Virus record (IMG/VR): IMGVR_UViG_3300030060_005695 | Reading direction: 5' to 3' (one strand) | DNA length: 64,000 bases | Source: a virus | Shown: one piece after another, positions 19,989 to 29,585 of the stretch | How the letters are laid out: every line of letters begins with the position of its first letter | Position numbering within the stretch: the first letter of the stretch is position 1 | The notes under the pieces: model-generated | The model's database searches: none | The model's input: only the letters and a program-made list of their open reading frames with translations | Told to the model about the DNA's origin: nothing | Translations under genes and position numbers: made by a program

Positions 19989-22900
19989 ATGGAAGTATAC
20001 AAATATAGAATAAAAAGAAATAACCCTAGTGTTTATTTTACAGTACCTTGTACAGGTGGAACCAATTTCTACCCTATTAATACAAGTCCTAACTGTTCAG
20101 GATTAACAATGTACAACTCTACATTTAGTCAAGTACAGGACGCTTTACAAGGTGACATGAATAACTTCCCAACAGAACTAACCGGATGTTCGTCAACAAA
20201 TCCATGTATCCTGTTAAATGATACTACTACTATGCCAGTAATGGGTGCACCACCACCATATGGTAATGTACCAACATTAAATCAACCATTTTGTTTAGAT
20301 GTGGAGTCTCATCCTTATGTTATATTTGCTGGGTTAAATTTATACCAATCTGGGGTAATGACATTTACTGGTGAAAGTTACGACGATTTAATAAGTGTGT
20401 TTTCTTTAACAAATTCTACACTCTCACAACCATTAAATTCCCAAACTAACGCACACCTAACACCAAACACAATATCTTGTTTTTGTCCACCACCTGTTTT
20501 TAATGACTTACATCAAGTTCCAGTTTTTTTAGACCAAGATTTTAATGATATAGGGCATTACGATATTTGGGACGGAAATTTGGGACAAAAAGATATTTTT
20601 TCTAATTTTGTAGTTACCGCTACTACAGCTATGGGTAACCAGATACAAATTTATAATACCACAGATTTTGGTTACTATAAGAGTTATCAGAATTCTCCTT
20701 ACACTATAAATTGGGGTGACTGTCCTTGTGATTGTCCAGTTCCGCCATGTACCAATGCATTTGGTGACCCTTGTTGTGAAACTTTACAATTCCCTAACTT
20801 AACAAATCCTGTACCACACACTTATGCAGGTGTAGGTACACGAAGAATTACCATAACGCATGAAAATGAGTGGGGACCAACATCAGTATCTCAGGCTATA
20901 ACAGTACCCTTTATGCCTTATAATACATTACAAGCTTCTGGTGGTATACCACCTAGTAATGTACCTGTAGTAGGTCCTAGTGGACCAATAGGTACTAATA
21001 CATATTTTGGAGCTTATCCTTTTTCACCTCTAGATTCTGGTACTGACATCTTACAATATAGTGGTATGTCCCCTATATTTGGTGGTGGTAATAACAGTAA
21101 CTGTTTTGATGTTACAGGTAACACACAAAGTTTATTAGGAGCATTTCAATCGTACACATCATTACAAACCGGTAACTTACCTCCCGGATATCAAATAAAT
21201 GTAGATGTACCCTTAATGGGTGAAGTAATAAACCCAATAACCAATCAAATAGAACAGGGAGTTATGGGTAGGATTACTGTGGAAAATACACAATATACCG
21301 CTTACACAATTAGTATAGGTACTAACACACCAATAACATTTTATGATTTTAGTAATGGTGTTACTTTATACGAAGCTACAAGTTGTGGTTTAGATGCTTT
21401 TGCTTTTGGTGCTTTTGATTGTGTAAAATGTGAAATAGGTGATTGCACTTACTGTGAAACAAAAGATGAATATATAGATAGGGTAACAAACCTACCACAA
21501 CCAATAAGTTTTAACCCAATGATTAATACTAATTGGGGTGAATGGTCCGCAACAACAAATTATGTTAAAGGAGATATAGTATTCGACTCAACCTGGGGTG
21601 AGTGTTGTTGTTATATGGCAGTACAAGATATAAATCAGACAGGTGGTACTATAGACCCTTGGGCTGGTATAAAACCAACAGACTTAGTACAAGGAGTTTG
21701 GTGGAATAATGGACAACCTACGGAACATATTTGGGAGGCTTGTACCCCAGAATGTGAAGCATGTCCAGAGTTTACATCCATACCTTGTTATGACCCAACC
21801 AACACTTGGAACGCTTATCCAACTATCTCACCAGTAGGTCCAGCTGGAGTATATAGTAATGGTAATGTATATACTACAGGACAATTTACCTTAGGTCAAT
21901 GGGGTAATTGTTATAGAGCTTTGTCGGGTGGTACTTTACCACCACCATCTGGGTTAACCAACAATCAATACTGGGACTATATTGGATGTTCTAGTTGGGT
22001 GTGTCCACCAGTATCAGCTTTAACAGCATCTAGTCTTTCATGTCAACTAGTACCTGGTACGGGGTCAACTAGTACGGGACCTTGTACAAGTATAGGTTTT
22101 GCCACATTTGAAGATTGTATGGATACTTTTTACTTAGGTAATTGTTGTGAAGATAGATATATTTGTATCGACCAATATTCCTGTCAAGGATGTTCAGCTA
22201 TGACATCAGCACACCCACTATACAATGACCCTAGTGCATTAGACCCAACACAAGGTCCAGTTTTTGATAATGAACTTGATTGTTTAGCGTGGTGTGAACC
22301 ACCAGCGTATTCTTGTGTTACTAGTACCCCAGCAAGTTCTAATAATTGTTGTGGTTTACTTTCATGTACTGATGACCTTATAAATGGTACAACATTTTAC
22401 ATAGATAATGTGTATCCTGTAATGCAAACTTTACCACCTACACCAGCACCTTTTTTAAACTTTATAGACTATGCGGCATTTACCTTTGAATTATTTTTTG
22501 ACCCTTATAATATAAATGATTGTAACGCTGGATTTACAAACTCAGCAGGAACCTATACAGGTTGTTGTGATTATACTATGTGGGTTTATAATTGTGAAGA
22601 AGGATGTGTACCGGTATTTGTTGGTACAGGTTATACAACTGAAGCTGACTGTTACGCTGCTAACCCACAATGGTTAGGTGTAGGTAACACCCCTTGTGGA
22701 TACAAGTGTGACCCACTTTGTGACCCCTGTCAACCTTGTTATACATTAAATTGTGGTTACCCATATACACCACAAGGATTACAAGACTGTGAAATGGTAT
22801 GTTCTTGTGCGACAGAATGTTATGTTTGTGACTGTTTAAATGTTATAAACGGTTCAAACGTACCATGTTACCCATATCAAGACCCAGTTACAAATGCTCT

Positions 22901-25900
22901 AGATTGTCCTTACTGGCCAGTATCTAATACAGGTACTGACCCTTGGGTTCCAGCAGCGTGGACAAACGTACCAACCTTCCTCTCCGCACAACAATGTCAA
23001 AGTGCTTGTACATGTCCTGGTGGATATGATTGTTTTGTTTATGATGATACCAATCCACCCGCACAAATAGGACAACAAGTTGGTGGGTGTATGTATTATG
23101 CTAGTCTATACTTAATGACACAAGTTGGTGTTACTTGGTCTCCAGGTTCACCAACAGACCCAGCTGGTAATCCTACAGGTTATACTTCTTTTGAAGAATG
23201 TTGTAATGCAACAGAATGTTGTAGGGCGGTATGTGAGGATGACCCACTACAAGCTGGATTCATGGGTTACACATCTTTTACAACTACTGGACCTGCACTA
23301 CAAGGTGGTGGAGGTGGACAAACCCCATGTTATTGGATATCACAAACTGATTTAGATGATACAACTGGTCCTGGTTTCGTTAACTGTTGTTCTCCAGCTT
23401 ACGTAAATACAATGAATGGACTAACTGGTATTGTGCAGTGTTTCGCGGACAATCCAGGTTTACCTTATTGTGATATGGTAGATTGTGTTAACTCATTATG
23501 TCCAGACCCACTAAGTACAACAGGTATGACTTGTTGTGCACCACTAGAAGAAACTTGTAATTGTGCATGTGAAGATTGGTTAACTGTAAATGGAATACCA
23601 ATTACCACTGGATTTACTTGGATGGGACCATGGAGTAGTAGTATTAACACTTATAATATATATGAAACGGTAAGTTACGGTGACGCAAATACAGCTGAAT
23701 GTTGTTGGATATGTATGTGTCCGATTGATACAACTGGTTTACCACCAGGAGCAGGAGGTGCTTATGATTGTAACTCTAGTCCACCAGATGACGGGCCTTA
23801 CCCTGACGGAACACCAAATTGTTGGCAAACATGTGAAAGATTACCATCTTTTGACCCATCTACACCAACACCAGTTATTGGGGACCCTTGTGGTCCTTGT
23901 GAAGGACCTACTTCAGCACAAACGTATCAATGTACAACTTCTGGTTGTGTAACTTCTAATTGTGTGTTTAACCCACCAGCTGCCATGAACATCTCTATAT
24001 GGCAAACACAAAATAATTGTTATACCGCGTCTACTTGTGGTACACCATTAATTGGTGTTTCCAATGACCAATGTAGAGCTGATTGTTATTGTGCAGACCC
24101 TGGACCACCAACAGGAGGACCAGCAGAAATTTCAAACTGCACAGTTTTACAAGATTATTTAAATGATATATATTCACCAGGAACAGGTGATTTAGGGATT
24201 TATTTTAATGGGTATTCACCATTCCCATTTACTTATCCACCTGTACAACCAGGTATAGTTTTCCAGGTTACAAGTTCATATTTTTGGCCTTACGATTCTT
24301 TAGATACATGTCAAACACAATTGTCCACAGGATTATTTGATTGTTGTACTGGTTCTACAACTGGCATAACCACTTGGGAATGTGACCATAGTTGTAACTG
24401 TCCAACTGTAAATGGTAATCCTTGTGTGGGGGGTGTAGGTTGTTATCCAGTTTATGGTACCGGAGGTACATTCTCTAGTTTAAGTGGGTGTCAAGAATGG
24501 TGTACCTGGGAGTGTAATACTCAAGGTGCACAAACTTGTCAATTCATACCAATGTCTTTAGCGGCAGTTACTTATCCTTCAGCTGCGGCTTGTGAATTGG
24601 CAAATACCGATTGTTTATGTCAAAACCAAGTTGAAGAATGGTGGTGTGACCATGCGGGTGCGGATGCCGGACTTTACAATACCCCAGGGTCTCAACCATG
24701 TCAACCTAGTTCATATTTCGCATCACAATCATCATCATATCAATCACAAGCTTATGGTCAAGGAGCTGGTGGACCTTCAGACCCAAACAATAACTATAAT
24801 TGGGCAGTAGCTTTAGGTAATTTACCTGTAGGTCAGGGATTCCCATCACAAGCACAATGTCAAGAATTTTGTAGATTTTGTTGTGATTGTGCACCTCCAG
24901 GTACTGGTTTCTGTGATTTATGTGGTGACCCAGCGGTTGTAGCATGTTCATGGGGTGACCAATTCTGTAGTGGTGGAACTGCATCTTGTGGGACAGGATT
25001 ACCAAGTTCATTATCACCAGGTGATTGTGGACAACAACAACAAACAATAACTGGTACTAAAACTTGTTTTGAACCACAAACAGAATATTGTTGTCACGCA
25101 ATTGATGGATGTATATCTTATATAGGTGCAGCACCAACAGGAAGTGATGGTAATCCATGTGTATCTTTCTATGGTACTAATGCTGCAGCATGTACTAACG
25201 AATGTAATTTTGTTTGTGGGGACTGTGTACAACCAACACCACAATGTCAATGTACTTTTGTACTTGCACCAATTTCACCTTCATGTGCACCTTATCCATT
25301 TTCTAATATGGCTGATTGTGATATCTACGTTCAAGGATTAACTTTATTAGGTGATGATGGTACTTGTTGTGAATGTTATGAATGTACTACAAATAGTCCA
25401 ATAACTTATCAAATGTGGGACGTAGGTACTGCTAGTTGGGTACTTGGTTCTACACCAGTTAATATGATTACTGGAGCTCCAGCGTGGGTTTCAGGACAAG
25501 CGTATAATCCAGGTGATGTTGTGACATTTAGTTTTGATAATACTAGATGTTGTTATGTTTGTGTTTGGGAATATACACCAGATTGGACAATACCACCTTA
25601 TTTCTATTATCAAGCATACATTAATGATTTAAGTACAAATACACCTGTTTGGCCAGGAGGTGGAACTGGAAGTTTAATGTGGGTACCGTGTGACCCTACA
25701 TGTGTGCCAGGTGTTATACAAAACACTTATGATTGTATACCGGGTGTTAGTACTGATAGTTGTTCTAGCCTAACAAAAATTACACCAACAACCACACTAT
25801 TAGACCAACATGATGTACTACAAATGATAGGAAATCCTAGTGGAGTACCTTACTTACAAACTACTAACATATATAATATTAAATTTCCTTATGGGGGATT

Positions 25901-28697
25901 CCCATTTAGCCCAACTAATCCATGTTTAGACAATGGATTACCAGTAGTTACTCCAGGTGGACCAATAAGTATACATATCAGTGCTCAAATGACTCTAGGA
26001 ATACCTCAAACTTATAACACATGGAGTTCCATGATTACTAGTTTAGCAGGTGCTGGTGTAACATCACCAACTGGTACACTATTGAGTTTGTCAAGTAGTT
26101 TTGATGATGTGTGTTTAGGGATAAATCTTGTATGGGGTTCTAAAACTAGAGACAAATGTATGACTATAACACTAGACCCATGTGAGTGTAGACAAAGTCC
26201 ATGTACTTGTGTTATGATTACTGGTCCTACAGGAGCTTTTAATAATCTACCCGATTGTCAAGCTACTTTAAATAATGACCCTTGTTGCGGTAGTTGGAAA
26301 TGTGACCCAAAAATTTGTGACTGTGTATTCATTCCAAATGACATAACAGGATTTAGTTCTCAAACAGAGTGTTACAACTCTCAAAATTGTTGTAAGGTAA
26401 GGTATGATGAGTATGAGTGTAGACAAATTCCAGTTATAGGTCCTGTAGGTGCACATAATTTTAAATGTGAATGTGTTGTTGTACCAGCAGGGATGGGTAG
26501 TTATACCGGACCAAACGCTTTATTTGATTGTGAAAATGACCCAACTACATGTTGTTCAGGTAACACAATGCCAGATAGATGGAAATGCACACCTGATTGT
26601 AATTGTGTTCTAGGTGGGCCTTTTGACCAATATGCAACTTTACACGATTGTCAGACAGCTGTAAACCATAATTGTTGTTATACTGGAGTAACTAAAGAAT
26701 GGGAATGTATAGACTTCGGTACACCAACAGGGTGTAAATGTGTACAAACAGCTTCTCCTGGTGGTGGATACGCAAGTCAAGCAGATTGTGAAGCTCAAGT
26801 TAATGAGTGTTGTTATACAGGAAAAACAAGATGGGACTGTGTTGTGGGTAATAATGGTTTATGTAAATGTGTAGCCAATCCTCTGTTTGGTACATATTCT
26901 TCCCTATCTGATTGTCAAAACGGAATACCAATATCAAATTGTTGTGAAATACAATCAGATGACTGTGCTAAAGAGTGTCCACCGTCTTCTTTTATAACAC
27001 CTACTTACATCAAACATAATGGTACATATAGTATAGGTTTTACACAAACTCTTCCACTAGCCTCAACAAATATTGTGGGTCTTTGGTTTGCAGCAACCAT
27101 ATATAATGCATTTGATATAGTCCAAGACCCATATGATGATTGTTGTTATGTCTTAGTTTGTGATAGTTGTCATTTTACTGGTAGTGATATTATGAATTAT
27201 TCACCTAGTCAAATCTACCAAAACCACTTATTAGGATTATTTTATAATGGTACAACAACACCAGCAACAACCCAAGAACAAAATGCTCAAAATAGAGGAC
27301 CAATATGGTGGCCTTGTGACCCACTATGTCCAACAACACCACCAGATATAGGTTACGATTGTGTTAATTGTCCTGGTACGTGTAATTGTGTTCAAAATAA
27401 TACAGGTACAGCTCAATACCAAGGACCAAACGCTTTATCACTATGTGTAGCAGATTGTAAATCAGGTTGTGAAGATTGTGCACAAACCTTATCTGGTTAT
27501 TTATCAGGACCTATAGATTATGAAGGTATATGGTACTCCACATTCAACCCACACTATGTAGAAAATGATTGTGTGACAGACCCAACTGACGGTTGTTGTT
27601 ATTGTTGTGTTAGAGCTTTTACCGGACCAGACCCACATGATGACGACCATGCAATTACAAGGAATGATGGTACTATATCTCACTCAGGTCCAGGAGGTTC
27701 AGGTCCAGGAGGTTCAGGTCCAGGAAATTCAGGACCTACACCATCAAAACCAATCTGTAAATCCCAACATCAACCATCATTACATGTAGGTGTAAATATA
27801 GGTGGGGGAATGTGGATGGGTTGTAAAATCACAACTGACGGAGGTCCTTGCAACTCAACTACGGGGACAACAGTAGATTGTGATAATTGTGACACTTACA
27901 TGGCTACTAACTGGGGAGCAACTTTACCTTTACAGTGGAAAACCGTAGGACATCAACATTTTACAAATAACCAGTGTGTCGTAGACCCAACTGACGGTTG
28001 TTGTTATTGTTGTATGGAATCATCAGACGTAGATGATTTTGGTGAGGCGTGGGCATCTGACCCTCATTCTCAATCTCAAGCTTGTAGTATATACGATATG
28101 AATGGTGATGGAATATTAGAATATTATGGAATGTATTCTACATTTACCGGAAAATGGACTGGTTGGGTTAGTTGTTCATCTACAGGGGTATTCCCATGTA
28201 ATAACGGTGGTACTCTAAAATACGATTGTGTACATAGACCACTTTTAGGTAACCCAAGTAATTATGACTGCATACCAACACAAGGTGGTGCATATAGTAG
28301 TTTACAAGCATGTCAAAATGCACCTTGTCCACCACCAGACCAACCATGTGAAGAGTGTTGTGGAAAACTTAAAAAAGATGGTAGTTGGAGTTACCAAACC
28401 CTAAATACCTCATCTGTTCCTTGTGATTGTGAGTTTTGGTTGGGTATTGGTTGGACTTCACAATCACCATCCAAGTGTTGCGTACCACCATCGTGGGCAT
28501 GTCCTCTGGGACAAGTTTGGTCACAAGCAGATTGTAGTTGTGTACCAATAGTTATTGGACCTGGAGGACCTATCGATGATTGGGTGACCGAAGAACCTTG
28601 TATACAAACTGAAAGTTGTGCTAAGGGGTATTACTGGGATTGGAATGAATGTAAATGTATGCCTTCTGTGAGTGATGGTCCTACAGAGTTAAGTTAA
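19989..28697 (+). CDS. Giant cysteine-rich modular virion protein (PKD-like N-region, CBM5/12-like aromatic modules, many small Cys repeats)
   Basis: 2902-aa uninterrupted ORF in the tail operon. YTINWGD...HTY PKD-like signature, W-x4-5-Y-xx-GD.V modules, recurrent (Y/F)x(S/T)xxxCxxxC units. Confidence 0.8.
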   Translation: MEVYKYRIKRNNPSVYFTVPCTGGTNFYPINTSPNCSGLTMYNSTFSQVQDALQGDMNNFPTELTGCSSTNPCILLNDTTTMPVMGAPPPYGNVPTLNQPFCLDVESHPYVIFAGLNLYQSGVMTFTGESYDDLISVFSLTNSTLSQPLNSQTNAHLTPNTISCFCPPPVFNDLHQVPVFLDQDFNDIGHYDIWDGNLGQKDIFSNFVVTATTAMGNQIQIYNTTDFGYYKSYQNSPYTINWGDCPCDCPVPPCTNAFGDPCCETLQFPNLTNPVPHTYAGVGTRRITITHENEWGPTSVSQAITVPFMPYNTLQASGGIPPSNVPVVGPSGPIGTNTYFGAYPFSPLDSGTDILQYSGMSPIFGGGNNSNCFDVTGNTQSLLGAFQSYTSLQTGNLPPGYQINVDVPLMGEVINPITNQIEQGVMGRITVENTQYTAYTISIGTNTPITFYDFSNGVTLYEATSCGLDAFAFGAFDCVKCEIGDCTYCETKDEYIDRVTNLPQPISFNPMINTNWGEWSATTNYVKGDIVFDSTWGECCCYMAVQDINQTGGTIDPWAGIKPTDLVQGVWWNNGQPTEHIWEACTPECEACPEFTSIPCYDPTNTWNAYPTISPVGPAGVYSNGNVYTTGQFTLGQWGNCYRALSGGTLPPPSGLTNNQYWDYIGCSSWVCPPVSALTASSLSCQLVPGTGSTSTGPCTSIGFATFEDCMDTFYLGNCCEDRYICIDQYSCQGCSAMTSAHPLYNDPSALDPTQGPVFDNELDCLAWCEPPAYSCVTSTPASSNNCCGLLSCTDDLINGTTFYIDNVYPVMQTLPPTPAPFLNFIDYAAFTFELFFDPYNINDCNAGFTNSAGTYTGCCDYTMWVYNCEEGCVPVFVGTGYTTEADCYAANPQWLGVGNTPCGYKCDPLCDPCQPCYTLNCGYPYTPQGLQDCEMVCSCATECYVCDCLNVINGSNVPCYPYQDPVTNALDCPYWPVSNTGTDPWVPAAWTNVPTFLSAQQCQSACTCPGGYDCFVYDDTNPPAQIGQQVGGCMYYASLYLMTQVGVTWSPGSPTDPAGNPTGYTSFEECCNATECCRAVCEDDPLQAGFMGYTSFTTTGPALQGGGGGQTPCYWISQTDLDDTTGPGFVNCCSPAYVNTMNGLTGIVQCFADNPGLPYCDMVDCVNSLCPDPLSTTGMTCCAPLEETCNCACEDWLTVNGIPITTGFTWMGPWSSSINTYNIYETVSYGDANTAECCWICMCPIDTTGLPPGAGGAYDCNSSPPDDGPYPDGTPNCWQTCERLPSFDPSTPTPVIGDPCGPCEGPTSAQTYQCTTSGCVTSNCVFNPPAAMNISIWQTQNNCYTASTCGTPLIGVSNDQCRADCYCADPGPPTGGPAEISNCTVLQDYLNDIYSPGTGDLGIYFNGYSPFPFTYPPVQPGIVFQVTSSYFWPYDSLDTCQTQLSTGLFDCCTGSTTGITTWECDHSCNCPTVNGNPCVGGVGCYPVYGTGGTFSSLSGCQEWCTWECNTQGAQTCQFIPMSLAAVTYPSAAACELANTDCLCQNQVEEWWCDHAGADAGLYNTPGSQPCQPSSYFASQSSSYQSQAYGQGAGGPSDPNNNYNWAVALGNLPVGQGFPSQAQCQEFCRFCCDCAPPGTGFCDLCGDPAVVACSWGDQFCSGGTASCGTGLPSSLSPGDCGQQQQTITGTKTCFEPQTEYCCHAIDGCISYIGAAPTGSDGNPCVSFYGTNAAACTNECNFVCGDCVQPTPQCQCTFVLAPISPSCAPYPFSNMADCDIYVQGLTLLGDDGTCCECYECTTNSPITYQMWDVGTASWVLGSTPVNMITGAPAWVSGQAYNPGDVVTFSFDNTRCCYVCVWEYTPDWTIPPYFYYQAYINDLSTNTPVWPGGGTGSLMWVPCDPTCVPGVIQNTYDCIPGVSTDSCSSLTKITPTTTLLDQHDVLQMIGNPSGVPYLQTTNIYNIKFPYGGFPFSPTNPCLDNGLPVVTPGGPISIHISAQMTLGIPQTYNTWSSMITSLAGAGVTSPTGTLLSLSSSFDDVCLGINLVWGSKTRDKCMTITLDPCECRQSPCTCVMITGPTGAFNNLPDCQATLNNDPCCGSWKCDPKICDCVFIPNDITGFSSQTECYNSQNCCKVRYDEYECRQIPVIGPVGAHNFKCECVVVPAGMGSYTGPNALFDCENDPTTCCSGNTMPDRWKCTPDCNCVLGGPFDQYATLHDCQTAVNHNCCYTGVTKEWECIDFGTPTGCKCVQTASPGGGYASQADCEAQVNECCYTGKTRWDCVVGNNGLCKCVANPLFGTYSSLSDCQNGIPISNCCEIQSDDCAKECPPSSFITPTYIKHNGTYSIGFTQTLPLASTNIVGLWFAATIYNAFDIVQDPYDDCCYVLVCDSCHFTGSDIMNYSPSQIYQNHLLGLFYNGTTTPATTQEQNAQNRGPIWWPCDPLCPTTPPDIGYDCVNCPGTCNCVQNNTGTAQYQGPNALSLCVADCKSGCEDCAQTLSGYLSGPIDYEGIWYSTFNPHYVENDCVTDPTDGCCYCCVRAFTGPDPHDDDHAITRNDGTISHSGPGGSGPGGSGPGNSGPTPSKPICKSQHQPSLHVGVNIGGGMWMGCKITTDGGPCNSTTGTTVDCDNCDTYMATNWGATLPLQWKTVGHQHFTNNQCVVDPTDGCCYCCMESSDVDDFGEAWASDPHSQSQACSIYDMNGDGILEYYGMYSTFTGKWTGWVSCSSTGVFPCNNGGTLKYDCVHRPLLGNPSNYDCIPTQGGAYSSLQACQNAPCPPPDQPCEECCGKLKKDGSWSYQTLNTSSVPCDCEFWLGIGWTSQSPSKCCVPPSWACPLGQVWSQADCSCVPIVIGPGGPIDDWVTEEPCIQTESCAKGYYWDWNECKCMPSVSDGPTELS
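27578..28013 (+). repeat. 31-nt perfect direct repeat (27578-27608 and 27983-28013) encoding DPTDGCCYCC
   Basis: AGACCCAACTGACGGTTGTTGTTATTGTTGT occurs twice. Confidence 0.9.
27684..27737 (+). repeat. 15-bp tandem repeat encoding an SGPGG linker (about 3.5 copies)
   Basis: TCAGGTCCAGGAGGT x2, TCAGGTCCAGGAAAT, TCAGGACCT. Confidence 0.9.
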
Positions 28698-28698
28698 T

Positions 28699-29331
28699 AT
28701 GAGTATAAGGAGAGAAATAGAATTTGGAAGATTTTTTAAATTTGAAGTAGGGCCTATATCAGTAAATAAAAAAATATATAGACCAACGCTAAGAAGATTT
28801 GAAAAGTGGTTAAACATTGTGGAAAAAAAATCCTATTTTAACCAATTTGATGTGTTGTTAACAGGTTCTTTTCCTAATTATATTAATGGTAACATACATT
28901 GGAGTAGTTGGGACATAGACATTATTTTAATAGATGACGGTAATAATAAATTAGAATTAATTAGAGATACTTTAGTAGATTTATCTAGGGTAGCACTAGA
29001 AGAATGTGATTTTTATATAGACGTATACTACCAAAATAGAGAAAATGTAGAATTAAATAAAATTTGTTATAGGGGAGGTATAAAAGATTGTGAACCTTAC
29101 AGCTTTGAAAAAGTAGGTCTAGCTTACGCTCCACATGTTAAAAGAAATGGTATGATAGTTTCTAATTGGAATATAGAAGAAGAGGTTATTGAAGGTCTTT
29201 GGGTTACAAAATTACAATTTCCATCGGTAAAACAAATAAAGAGAATAAATAACGGATTTAAATACGACGATGAAATTTACCTAAGAGACTATAAAAAATA
29301 TTTTCCAGCAACAGAATTAGTAGGGAAATAA
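28699..29331 (+). CDS. Pol-beta superfamily nucleotidyltransferase-like protein
   Basis: hGS motif LLTGSF, DxD motif WDIDIIL, third acidic strand FYIDVYY. Confidence 0.65.
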   Translation: MSIRREIEFGRFFKFEVGPISVNKKIYRPTLRRFEKWLNIVEKKSYFNQFDVLLTGSFPNYINGNIHWSSWDIDIILIDDGNNKLELIRDTLVDLSRVALEECDFYIDVYYQNRENVELNKICYRGGIKDCEPYSFEKVGLAYAPHVKRNGMIVSNWNIEEEVIEGLWVTKLQFPSVKQIKRINNGFKYDDEIYLRDYKKYFPATELVGK

Positions 29332-29360
29332 GTGTTATGATATTTATTATAAAATAAGTA

Positions 29361-29582
29361 ATGGCATTAACAGAAGTAAAAACAGTAGGATGTATTTTAC
29401 CCCTAACAAAATTAGAGGTATTAATGAATGTTTGCCAAAGACCGGAAGTAAGGTCAAATATATTTATTGAAAGAGGTAAAATAACCGTATTTGAAAAACC
29501 ACAAAGATTAGGGCAAATAAATAGTACTGGAGATTTAGAACTACACGGGTACGGATATTATAAAATAGAAAAACAACCATAA
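29361..29582 (+). CDS. Small structural protein, possibly the detached C-terminal domain of the 19989 gene family
   Basis: 73 aa, PEVRSNIFIERGK...RLGQINSTGDLELHGYGYY; has its own TATTTAT motif at 29341. Confidence 0.6.
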   Translation: MALTEVKTVGCILPLTKLEVLMNVCQRPEVRSNIFIERGKITVFEKPQRLGQINSTGDLELHGYGYYKIEKQP

Positions 29583-29585
29583 ACT

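Noticed and set aside
27578-28013. Diversity-generating retroelement TR/VR pair
   Set aside because: The repeat is short, identical (no adenine-specific mismatches), both copies are in frame, and there is no reverse transcriptase in the window.
19989-28697. Eukaryotic contamination or chimera as the source of the Cys-rich ORF
   Set aside because: No introns or signal peptide, same codon style and GATC avoidance, tight coupling with phage genes, and modules shared with the 33709 ORF. Read-level confirmation is still advisable.
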